DNA from: Amoeboradix gromovi X-113
Lineage: Eukaryota > Fungi > Sanchytriomycota
DNA length: 13,273 nt
Reading direction: 5' to 3'
NCBI GenBank assembly: GCA_018985225.1
Contig: JADGIF010000237.1
Coordinates: 1 to 13,273 of the forward strand
Shown: positions 1 through 9,697 of the stretch, piece after piece
Layout: the number at the start of each line of letters is the position of its first letter
Numbering within the stretch: position 1 is the stretch's first letter
The notes under the pieces: model-generated
What the model saw: only the letters and a program-made list of their open reading frames with translations
What the model was told of the DNA's origin: nothing
Databases searched by the model: none
Translations under genes and position numbers: made by a program

Positions 1-147
1 TGAAGTGTAATAGTGATATTTTATTTGAAATAAAGATTGGATGAAAGAGTAAGAGAATAGCTGTACAGAATATTTATTTTCCTTTTATACTCGCCAACTC
101 CGCAACTAGCTGAATGTCCACTCGCCTCTTAAATCCATAAAATTAAT

Positions 148-326
148 AAAGCTGAAATAATGTTCCAAGTTGTTACAGAAAGTTTGTCCAGTTTTTATAT
201 TTGATGTCCCGTATGTACTACTCAAACTTCTACAATGCTGTGAAGAAGCCCAATTTATAGAAATAAACATATAAAAGCTTTTGTTCACTAATGAATACAG
301 ACCATTTGACGGCAAGGAACATGTAA
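148..326 (+). pseudogene. Degenerate TnpB/Fanzor C-terminal fragment (Zn finger + RuvC-III region)
   Basis: Manual translation gives KAEIMFQVVTESLSSFYI*CPVC (148-216). After a frameshift it gives AVKKPNL*K*TYKSFCSLMNTDHLTARNM* (237-326). The second part aligns without gaps to the 9802-10054 copies (TLKKTNLESYSCT*CHFEVDMDHMAPRN and TLKRNNLET*TCTKCHLKIDRDHMAARNT). At DNA level, gaccatttgacggcaaggaaca matches gatcatatggcagcaaggaaca. Confidence 0.6.
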
Positions 327-804
327 TGGATTGATTGTTTTATGAGTATCTCTTAGAAAATTCTTGGTACTCTAAGAAACCATGACTTTCAATGAGGAGC
401 AATAAATTACTTTTTATTACTTTCCATCTCATATCTAGTATTCTTCCTATATCATCATACTCCTAGGCAATACCTTCCTCAGTGTTACCTTCAAATACAT
501 CAAATCCGTTTTATCTTTTTCTTTCAATCCTTTACTCCGTGTCTACTTTTTTAGTGGATTAAAATGTTTTCCATATTCAAGATTATTGATCTGCGACTGC
601 AATTAGAAGACGCGGCAATGTAAATGGGCTACAACTTAATAAATTCTGACTTGTAAAAAGCAGGTGCGATAGTAAAGTGCGCTAATTTGTAATGTAAAAC
701 ATTTTGTGTCAATAAAATTGAGTTTGTTTTGCATCATAGATTATGGCTTTTTTAATGTTTTATTCAAACATCTCATCTAAATTCAATAGGCCAAAAGATT
801 CAAA

Positions 805-1947
805 ATGAAGATTCTCAAGAAATTGAAATCTTATTTTGAAGAGCCTAGCGATTTAAACGAAAAAAATAACACCCAAGACACACGTATTACTAATAACATC
901 GATGCGAATGTTTTGCTCATTAATCCTAATGCGCATCCAAAAAAAATTGAAATTCAGAAAACTGAAAAGGTATCAGATATAAGCATTTACGGACAAACAC
1001 CTAACATCAACATCCCAAAGTCTCCGAAAATGGCTGCGCCTATGTCTCATGCCAATCATAAGAAGCCGAAACCATTTTTGAAAGACATATCTGATAGATC
1101 AGAAAAATTCAGCATTGAAGCCAACACCTCATTTAATGAAATTAGTGAAAACGAATTAGAAGTGCTCATTCCCAACATATCGGTAGAAGAGTTAGATGAT
1201 TTTTCGTATGATTCTGTTCATGGGAGCTCAACGCAATCAACGGGACAATCAGTTGCCAATTCAAACAACAAGTTCAACTTTAAGTCTCACAATCAGCCCA
1301 GTCTAGAGGATGAAGACAAGCTTAAATGGATACCTCGCAATGTCGAAATAGACGATAAATTTGACTGTTCTGAATCCAACAGCGAAAATTTAAATAACTT
1401 GATTGCATTGAATTGTTTTGAGAATTTCACTGCTAATAATATCAGGCGAAAGTCTGAGGCTGATTGTGACTTCAAGTTTTACAATCACACACGTGAGCGT
1501 TCTGAGTCGCTTAGAGGTAGTTCCACTGCTGGACTCACAAGCACTTTTGAAAATATCAGTACTTCACATATTGATATAATCTCTACCGGAATCAAAGACA
1601 TTGAGTTCTTGAAGCAACTAGATGAATTGGACAAATTGCGTAACAAGTCTGATTCAGATCATGACTCATACATTGATTACGATGTCTATTTAGAAGATAA
1701 AATCAGATATTTTCAAAAGCGTGGAATCAATCTCCTCGAGAAGTTAGAATCATGCAACCAATCGCAGTTAGATCAAAGTAATGAGCACTCTTTTATGAAT
1801 TCAGGTATCATTGAATTAGAGGAGTATGTGGATTACGACTCTGAACATTCGCTGTTTGACAATCCAAACAGCGTCGAGTTTGAACAGTTCATCGATCCGG
1901 ACAGCAAGCTAGTCGACTCCAAGTGTCAACTAAACATAAACCACTAA
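805..1947 (+). CDS. Hypothetical protein, 380 aa, S/N/D/E-rich, probably largely disordered
   Basis: Long ATG-initiated ORF in AT-rich DNA, ending 32 bp from the convergent Arp3 stop. No recognisable domain. Confidence 0.75.
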   Translation: MKILKKLKSYFEEPSDLNEKNNTQDTRITNNIDANVLLINPNAHPKKIEIQKTEKVSDISIYGQTPNINIPKSPKMAAPMSHANHKKPKPFLKDISDRSEKFSIEANTSFNEISENELEVLIPNISVEELDDFSYDSVHGSSTQSTGQSVANSNNKFNFKSHNQPSLEDEDKLKWIPRNVEIDDKFDCSESNSENLNNLIALNCFENFTANNIRRKSEADCDFKFYNHTRERSESLRGSSTAGLTSTFENISTSHIDIISTGIKDIEFLKQLDELDKLRNKSDSDHDSYIDYDVYLEDKIRYFQKRGINLLEKLESCNQSQLDQSNEHSFMNSGIIELEEYVDYDSEHSLFDNPNSVEFEQFIDPDSKLVDSKCQLNINH

Positions 1948-1979
1948 ATAAATACTATTTTGAATCAATTTTATTTATT

Positions 1980-3219
1980 TTATCCCATTTGTCCAAATAC
2001 TCGAGAATGTCTAACAATTCCAGGCCCGTATTCCTCGTAATCTTTTTTACTGTGACAATATTGTAGAAACTCAGGAGTGCTAGCTAGCAGTGATCCTCCA
2101 AACCAGACAGCGTACCTTTGTTTCTTATGGGTGACCACATTTACATCAATCGGGGCTGGCTTCATTTTAGATACTACGTTAATAACAAGTACTTTGTTCT
2201 GCGTATGCTAATCTCTCATCAACTGATCTCTTAATGTCCCGCTGCAATCTTCTTCCAAAATCCTTGTACATGGTGGAACCTCCACTTAACACAATGTTTT
2301 TGTATAAACCTCTTCTGGTATCAATTGGACAGCTCTGTATGCTATGATCTACACTGTCTGGCAAGCTGGTAGTAAAGTCTGGATTACAAATCTCTGGACT
2401 AAAAAATGATTCAGGTCCCATAAATCGTTCGTAGCCAACATCAATGGTGTATTCTTTCTTTGTTATGCTGTGATAGTCCGTGTGCTGCTTGATATACTTG
2501 TCGGGTTCTTGTTCAAATTTTTTAAACTCTTTAACAACATCAGGGCATGTATAGCTGTAAAGTTCTTTAATTCTTTGACTGATTAAGAGCGAGTCTTCTG
2601 GTGGAATAGGTTCGTTTCTATCTCTTAAGCACTGTTGGATAAATTGGGTGATATCTCTACCAGCAATTGGAACATGTTTAATGGCACTACCAATGACATA
2701 TCCCTCAGCAACAGGTATAACATGGGTAACACCATCTCCACTATCAATAACAGTTCCCGTTAATGAGTAATTCTTTTCTTTGTTTTGGATCCAGGAAGCA
2801 GCCAAAGCCAAAACTGCTTGAACAGCGATATACAAACCAGGTACGTTAAAAGTCTCAAAGAATATTTCGGCAGTATACTCTCTGTTTTCTGGAGGATTTA
2901 GTGGCGGTTCGGTTAGCAAAATATTATGCTGTTCGGGATCACAATGCAATACGTTCATTAACGAATATTGCCAAAATGATTCCATGTCATCCCATTGATC
3001 TACCATGCCATGCTTCATAGGATAGCTAATTTGATAAGTCTTTTGGGCAAAGGCATCGTCACCAATATACATGTCTAAATCATTCAAAGGTCTTTTTGTC
3101 AGCTGGGAGGTAAGCGGCTGTTTACTTATTACAGTAGGAATGATATATTGGGGATCGTTATTCCCAGCATATCCCATTTTAGTATAACCAGTACCGCAGT
3201 CTAAAACAATATTGGCCAT
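1980..3219 (-). CDS. ARP3: Actin-related protein 3 (Arp2/3 complex); exons 3219-2193 and 2173-1980, 406 aa
   Basis: Arp3 motifs [65 protein letters not shown] and [10 protein letters not shown] are present. Removing a 19-nt intron joins the two ORFs in frame ([14 protein letters not shown]). Confidence 0.97.
2174..2192 (-). other. 19-nt spliceosomal intron in ARP3 (GTACTTGTTATTAACGTAG)
   Basis: GT-AG ends, contains the in-frame TAA, has a branch-point-like TTAAC next to the 3' AG, and its removal restores the frame of a highly conserved protein. Confidence 0.9.
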
Positions 3220-3286
3220 ATATTAATGTTTCACAACTGGAGAACAGAAAAATAAATTTGAAATATACTCAAAACTCGCAAGAGCG

Positions 3287-3408
3287 ATAGAGTTGCTTAC
3301 ATCGCAGCATTGCGAGCAATTATTCAAGAGAAAGAAAGTGCTCTTTTGCAACTAGCTAGAGACCGCCTAGAAACAAGGAATGTCTTGAAATACGTGCATG
3401 CCAGTTGA
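3287..3408 (+). pseudogene. Degenerate TnpB/Fanzor C-terminal fragment
   Basis: Frame 1 gives IELLTSQHCEQLFKRKKVLFCN* (E-x-x-T-S-x-x-C motif). A shifted frame gives LARDRLETRNVLKYVHAS*, resembling IDRDHMAARNTYIKYLHPC at ~9800-9850. DNA tgcatgccagttgaatcc resembles tgcatccttgttcaatcc at that locus. Confidence 0.5.
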
Positions 3409-3596
3409 ATCCATTATCAACGCAATCCCCACATTGTAGTTGCTGACACAAGTATTACGTTTTCATTCTCAAATCATAAGAATCCTCATACTGTGTGCAT
3501 CATACCGTGCTAGAAACACGGCTCAATCCAGACATTATGAATTTTTTCAAGTCTGTCATAAACAAAAGGCAAATAAAAATCAAATTTATATTTACT

Positions 3597-6500
3597 TCAA
3601 GAGCAATCACTTGTAACAAATCTAGCATCTTGGCATTCTACCTTTCCTTTAACCAGTTTGCACACAGTGCCATCAGGACAATCTCTCTCCAACCATTTTC
3701 CGACTAAGGAAGAATCGTCGTTTCTCTTCATGAATCTCATAAGCCATTTCTTTTGTGGCGTTTGCAGGCACTGCGCATACCTGTTGTTACTTGCACAAAC
3801 CTCTGGATACTCAAGAGGGTCACATGCCTGTCCGTCGGTTATGCTCAAGCACTTGACATCATCAGTACTGCTTCCATAAACACTGCTCTCTTCCACTTCT
3901 AAGGGACATATTTTTGGTACTTCTAGCATATCGGTAATTGCTATACAACTAAACGGCTCGTTGTTACAAAACGTTCCTTCTCCGCATGGCTGTATTTCCC
4001 ATTTACCTAAATTAATTAACCAATACCATTTACACAAATACCAAAGTCTCTTCCACTGCATTTATATTCGCCTTCTGTGGAGCATGATGAGTGATTTATT
4101 ATTTCGCGTACACAATAATCATTTGACTGTGTGTATTGTTCTCTAGCCGAAGAATAGTGGTTGTAATAGCCCTCCGTGTGATCTGGTAGAGCTACATCCG
4201 TTATCCATGGTATGGTTGAAGACACATCACTAATACCAACATTGCCATCAGTGTTCGTGGCAGCGGCTGTAGTTGTGATGAAATCAATGGTGCTAGATGA
4301 TTCTATGGTTGGCATTGTGTAGTAAGTAGAGTCAGAGCGACTAATACCACTAATTCCAACGCTTCCATATGTGCTGGTTGCCATGGATTCGGTAGTTTTT
4401 ATAGCTACACTGGTAGTAACATCTACATTGCCTTCAGAGTCTGTGTGAGAGCTTATAAAGTAAGTAATAGTCTCAAACACACTTGCAGTTACTGTTTCTG
4501 CAGCACATTGAGTGGTTGATACGTCTGCTACATTTAATTCACCGCTTGTTCCATTTGTAGAAATTGTTGAATTGCAATCCACCTGACTTGGCCAGTCGCA
4601 TATAATTTTAAATAGTGCATCTGGCCTGCATATAGTTCCAGAGCTGCAATCCTTTTCAATCCATTTACCATTGGAGCACTGCACAAACCCATGCCCGTTA
4701 CATTTGTAATCGTTTTCACTACATGTCTCTGTAAGATCAACTAAAGGATTGCAAGACTCAGTTGTTGCAGATGTGTTTTCGTTCGTACCAACATCTGCTA
4801 TGCTAGCTACTGAATCAGTAGCGTTACAGGTAGGACTATAACTACAAGTAGCACCTGCACCTTCTATACTCTCACAAAATAAACCTGCACTACATGATTG
4901 AACAGCCCATCCAGATGTCCCACATATGGCAAAATCAGTCTCACTGACGCATATTGGGGTATCTATTGACCATTCACAAGTAGTACTATTCTTAATGTTC
5001 AGGGATGATTGACAACCCTTATTGGCAGCCCATTCATATGGATTAGACTTATCAATAGGAAGAGCATCAACAGAAGTATTGTTACAAGAGTCTACAGTAG
5101 GATAGCCGCAAGTGATTCCTCCGTCTTGAATAGATTGACAAGCTAGACCAGCTGGACATTTTAGTGCTGCAAAAGTGTTGTTTGGTGTACATTGGACGAA
5201 ATCGACTCCGCTACATTTATAAGTATCGACAGCGAAATCACAAGGGCTATTGTCTGGAGTTATGGCACATTTGTCCTCATTAGAAGCTGGCTCAGTAGCA
5301 GGCTCTAATTCAACTTGAGTTTTGACTGGGGTAGAAGCAGTACTAAATGGATGAACATTTGAACAGCTTGATACCCTACCGCAAATAACACCAGGTCCCT
5401 CCATAGATTGGCAGTAAGTTCCCTCACCGCAAGAACGAACAACGTATCCCTTTGAAGTACATACAGCAAAATCTGTAGAATCCACACAAACAGGAGTGTC
5501 TTTATTCTGATTGCATTCAGTACCAGTTACTATATTGGAGTTGCAATCTAACGGTGGAGCCCAGGATAATGGATTGGATTTATCAACAGCTGTGACGGCT
5601 TTAGCGTCAAATGGACAGGAATCAGCAGTAAGAAACCCGCACTCAACTTCAGAGGCTGACAATTGATTACATTGAGTACCAGCTCCACACAATCTGTTTT
5701 TGTATTTGTTACCAACACACTGGACATAATTTCTGCCACTGCAAGTATAAGAGTCAGTTTCACATTCTGTATCTTCAGGTATAACTTCACAATTTCTATC
5801 CCTCTTGTATAAAGCAGGGCACATTGGTGCTTCTATAGTACATTCAATTTTAAACTCATTCCGTTGCTGACAATGGGTCCCACTAGCACAACTTTTTTGA
5901 ATCCATACGTTGTTATCGCATTGAAAGAATCCGTCACCAACGCATCTATACTCACCTTGTAAACACCCAAGCTGCTTATCAGCAACAGGTAAGCCACATT
6001 TAGCAAATGTCGGATTTTCAGTTGTTTTAGAATCAGTTGCAGCAGTAACACTACTTGCGTCTACACTATCATAATTTGTTGGACACACAGGTCCATTTCC
6101 AGGCCAGTCACATAGAAATCCCAGTCCGTTATTTATAGGTCTACATTGAGTACCAGGTGCGCAAGAAGCTCTCTTCCATAAGAAGGTAGCCTTGTTATTT
6201 ATAACTCCTGGTGCACATCTAATGAAATCAGTACCATAACATCTATCATAGTCGGTACCAGGTGTGCACTGTGTTTCTGGTTCAACAATCGCAGGACAAC
6301 CATTAGGAATGTTAGTAGGAGTCGAAGCTGCTGTAGTTGTAGCTGGCGCAGTTGTGGTAGACTTTTTGGAGGTGCTTGAAGATTTACTTGATGTAGTTGT
6401 AGAAGCCTTAATTGTAGTTGTAGATGCCTTTGTTGTAGAGGCCTTTACTGTGGTTGTAAAAGCCTTTGTTGTGGTTGTAGATGCCTTAATTGTGGTTGTA

Positions 6501-7318
6501 GCACTTGGTGCACCGAGACAGATTTGCTTAGGATTAGAAGAGTCAGCAATTCCTTGTAAATCAGAAGCGCAAAGTGCAGGATTTACACTTAAACTACAGC
6601 CAACACGAGGATCACAGTCATAATTAACAGGTTGCTTGCCAATATCGATATCTACATTTGTTGCCTCAGTTGAAGATGGATCTGCGAAACAGAAATCCCC
6701 AAATTTTGTATTCTTTAAAATAGTTTCCACAGCTGGACCACCACTCTTAACGCATCCAGGCGCACTGTTTGAAGGCAAAGCATTTTTCAAACAAGATTTA
6801 CCAACATAAGGACCATCAGTTTGAATCTCGATTAGGGAGCATCCATAATAAGGAGCAAAGGCATTACCGACTAGGCCGGTCCATTGCAGTACGTATTTAC
6901 CAGCTTTTAGATTCATTGGAATTTTCACAGTGGTGTCAAACCGCTCAATATCAGTAGTGCTCTTTTGGTAATCACAGCCACCACGACCGTTACATGGATG
7001 TACACAGTCACCGTATGCATATCTACCTGGACGTTCATCAATACCATAGCAAGCCAGTTTAAGTACATTTTGTTGGAAAGTTAATTCATTAATGGAGTCA
7101 AAAGGAACAAAACTTAATTTTACATAGCCACCACCATGATTGTTACTAACCCAACCAACTTTTAATCGATCGCCAGGACTAACTTTGTTTGTTGGACTAG
7201 AACTAGTAAAGGCCTCGCAACTAGGAGTTAAAATTCCACCTCTACTTGGATTTGTGTTAAATGGGAGAGGACAGGACATCCATGAATGACCAGACACAAC
7301 CAACAAGTTGAAAAGCAT
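3597..7318 (-). CDS. Secreted multimodular protein (~1233 aa; exons 7318-4027 and 4006-3597): N-terminal His-brace LPMO-like domain, Thr-rich linker, nine Cys-rich putative chitin-binding (CBM19-like) modules, Ser/Thr-rich stretch
   Basis: MLFNLLVVSG|HSW places His at the predicted mature N-terminus. A second His lies in NNHGGG, and YVLQW and YYGC match the LPMO beta-sandwich C-terminal pattern. Modules of the form C..C.G..F.QC....W....C..GT.C recur. A 20-nt intron joins CVNG to KWEIQPCGEGTFC within module 8. Confidence 0.85.
4007..4026 (-). other. 20-nt spliceosomal intron (GTATTGGTTAATTAATTTAG)
   Basis: GT-AG ends, contains the in-frame TAA, has TTAAT next to the 3' AG. Splicing yields CVNGKWEIQPC, matching module 7 CSNGKWIEKDC. 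Confidence 0.88.
6393..6501 (-). repeat. Imperfect coding tandem repeat (~21-nt unit, TTT(I/T/V)KA(S/F)) forming a Thr-rich linker
   Basis: Recurrent gttgtaga(a/t/g)gcctt units, encoding TTTIKASTTTTKAFTTTVKASTTKASTTTIKASTTT. Confidence 0.85.
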
Positions 7319-7555
7319 TCTGTTTGATAAAATTGGGCATCAGTAGCACTTTATAGTCCGACGCAGACATCACATGTTATTCTGGTACACCGTAATCTTG
7401 GCATTTTCTTGGCATACGTCTAAATGACGATGATATTTGGTTTTTACGCAAAAATAGGTCAGTTTAATGGTATTTAGGCTTAAATCAATCTATCTTTTTA
7501 ATTATTTGCTTTACCTTGAAATCTTTACGATATAAACGCTGAAACAATAGGGATA

Positions 7556-7834
7556 ATGGAAAATCTTTTGATTAAATTACACTTTGAGACAAACGTGACT
7601 AAAAACGTGGAAAACATAATACAACTGAACTACCAGCTATCTTCAGAATATTTTAAAATGCAAATGTGGGCAGAGAGTGAAAGACATGCTAGAACTGCGT
7701 ATAATATATGCAGAAGTAACAAAATCGTGAACTTAAATGTTGTCAAGTTATTGATAGAGATATTCCGAGCGACTGGTAATATCTCTCAGGAAAAGATATT
7801 TATTGGAATAGAAACTAAACTATCACAATTGTAG
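7556..7834 (+). CDS. Small hypothetical helical protein (92 aa), TPR-like segment
   Basis: ATG-initiated ORF divergent from the LPMO-like gene. YQLSSEYFKMQMWAESERHARTAYNI resembles a TPR helix pair. Confidence 0.45.
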   Translation: MENLLIKLHFETNVTKNVENIIQLNYQLSSEYFKMQMWAESERHARTAYNICRSNKIVNLNVVKLLIEIFRATGNISQEKIFIGIETKLSQL

Positions 7835-8280
7835 CTTTTAAAAAACGTTGTCATTCATAGTTTAGCGGACTCAACCTTCAGCGACGCAATGATGTTAAAG
7901 TTTAACAATGGAAATTGCAGCTAGCAGTTTCACTGCAAATTGCTTTCTTAGTAGTACTCTCAAAATTGATCGCCTTAGTACACAATGTAATTGATGCTGA
8001 GTCTTGAATAATATCAGAGTACCCATTTCTTTAGATTCTGTCTTGTCCAGAATTATCTTCGAATGACATTCATGTAAACGGCGGTTTAGAGTTTGCGGGC
8101 GTATCCCATCCGTTGATCTTAGTTATACCGAGCAATAAATTGCATCTTCTGGACATATTTTGTTTAAGTTTCTTGTAAATCACTTTAAAAGGTGCAACTA
8201 TTTGATTAATCTGATGGGGTACCAACTCTTGAAATGCTCGATCAAAGTTTAATTCTCAACAGAATAAATTTATTAAAAAA

Positions 8281-9471
8281 CTACGCCGTTCGGGTATATT
8301 CAACTCTTTGTGGAGTTATTGGCGTATTTGGTGATCCAGGTATTCCATATTCATTGTTATGAACAAATATGCCATGTGGTATTCGTCGAGTTGCAATAGT
8401 AGGCGATAAAGTGGCACTTCTACTCAACAGTGCAGCCCTATATCTCTCTTCCCTATCAAAATTGTAACTCAATTCTGCACTTGAAAAAGTAGACTTATAC
8501 AGTTCACGAATGGTTTCATTCCATCCGTAGAAATAAGCATTTAAAGCACCGCTTAATTGTCCGAGAGTTCTATACATCACAAAAACAAACTCGCTGGGGA
8601 ACACATCTAAAATAAAACTGATTTCTACGATTAGCTCAGGGATAGTTACCAACAAGTAGAGAAGAGAATAAGAGGCAAAAAAGAACAGGATTCTATATTC
8701 TTTAAATCTGTTTTGCTTGTTTATATTGGGTTTCTCAATCATCTCTATTTCAAAATTAGAGGCTTTTACTTTTGGGATCGCTCTTCTATAGCCACAAGTT
8801 TGGCATTGCATGGTATGGATAACTAGACGACAATTAGGGCATCTCCTATCATCCTTGTTACCGTGGAATTTGTTTCCTTGGAAAAGTCGCTTCATGTTCT
8901 GTTGATGAGTATGCAGCCATGAAAAACTAAAGAAATAGCAATAAGATAGTATGCAACATGCAATTGACTTTGGGACCACTTTCAAAACTATGCGAGGCCA
9001 AGCCGGAGCGGTAGGTAAAATGCACTGACCCATTTTGCTTCCGAAAGGTATGTTCCAAGTACTACCGATTGTTAGGATTAAAGGAAATATCCAAATCAGG
9101 GGCAAGATATACAATTCTCTATCCTTGAGTAGCTGTAAATAATAATCACTTTTGAACGGCGACTTCAAAATAACAAATGTTAGCAATGCTATTCCACATA
9201 GAGCCACGTCACTTGTGATAACCATCCATGTGTAAAAGGAGCAAAGAATCTTAACAAATATACCAACAAATGCAGCATCTTTGTGTAGAATAACAGTTAC
9301 AGTGCTTAACAAAGATTCAAACAGATTCGCAATCATCAAAATCAAAATTAACCTATGCCTCATATTTTTTAAACTTTTTTCGCTAAACGATAAATAGCAC
9401 ATGCAGATATACATACATAAGAGTATCGATATCAGCCCTACAAAAAAAAAGAATTGTTCATTGAATATCAT
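8281..9471 (-). CDS. 7TM G-protein-coupled receptor-like protein, Git3/Gpr1 (cAMP-receptor-like superfamily); 396 aa from ATG 9471
   Basis: Seven hydrophobic segments. RHRLILILMIANL at TM2, YSLLYLLVTIP at TM6 and GALNAYFYGWNE at TM7 resemble Git3/Git3_C patterns. The third intracellular loop is long. The first ATG is at 9471 (the ORF track used TTG 9480). Confidence 0.75.
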   Translation of the reverse strand: MIFNEQFFFFVGLISILLCMYICMCYLSFSEKSLKNMRHRLILILMIANLFESLLSTVTVILHKDAAFVGIFVKILCSFYTWMVITSDVALCGIALLTFVILKSPFKSDYYLQLLKDRELYILPLIWIFPLILTIGSTWNIPFGSKMGQCILPTAPAWPRIVLKVVPKSIACCILSYCYFFSFSWLHTHQQNMKRLFQGNKFHGNKDDRRCPNCRLVIHTMQCQTCGYRRAIPKVKASNFEIEMIEKPNINKQNRFKEYRILFFFASYSLLYLLVTIPELIVEISFILDVFPSEFVFVMYRTLGQLSGALNAYFYGWNETIRELYKSTFSSAELSYNFDREERYRAALLSRSATLSPTIATRRIPHGIFVHNNEYGIPGSPNTPITPQRVEYTRTA

Positions 9472-9697
9472 TGAGCACAATTTTTCCTCTCCTTTTGTAG
9501 AAGTTATGTTACACAGCCGATCACATTGTTAAATTGCACAATCGGCTAGAAACCTCTAACCTGATACTTGCGCTGCAGCATAGGTAGAAAAAATCCAGGC
9601 TTATTTTAATAGTCATTCAAGCAATTTAACTTCAATTTATGGCCGAAATATTAAAGAAATAGTTATCAGCTAATCGATTTATTCCTCGTTAAAAGAC

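Noticed and set aside
106-315. 69-aa minus-strand ORF
   Set aside because: It has a non-ATG start and no motif, and it is antisense to the plus-strand Fanzor-like fossil.
431-487. Exact 11-12-mers shared with 10061-10072, 10139-10150 and 13166-13176; minus-strand MI*EEY* resembling an E-x-Y-T-S motif
   Set aside because: The shared words are not collinear, matches of this length are expected by chance in 13 kb of AT-rich DNA, and the motif is too degraded to call.
2166-2192. Stop-codon reassignment (TAA/TAG = Gln, as in some aphelids) as the cause of the split genes
   Set aside because: The downstream parts are in different frames, long ORFs lack internal TAR codons, and genes end normally in TAA/TAG.
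3495-4146. Plus-strand ORFs 3495-3707, 3658-3879, 3961-4146, and 3597-4061 as an independent gene
   Set aside because: The plus-strand ORFs are antisense shadows. 3597-4006 is exon 2 of the LPMO-like gene.
4534-6957. Short alternative-frame and antisense ORFs inside the LPMO-like gene, including the Val-rich 6264-6623
   Set aside because: These are by-products of codon bias and the Thr-rich repeat.
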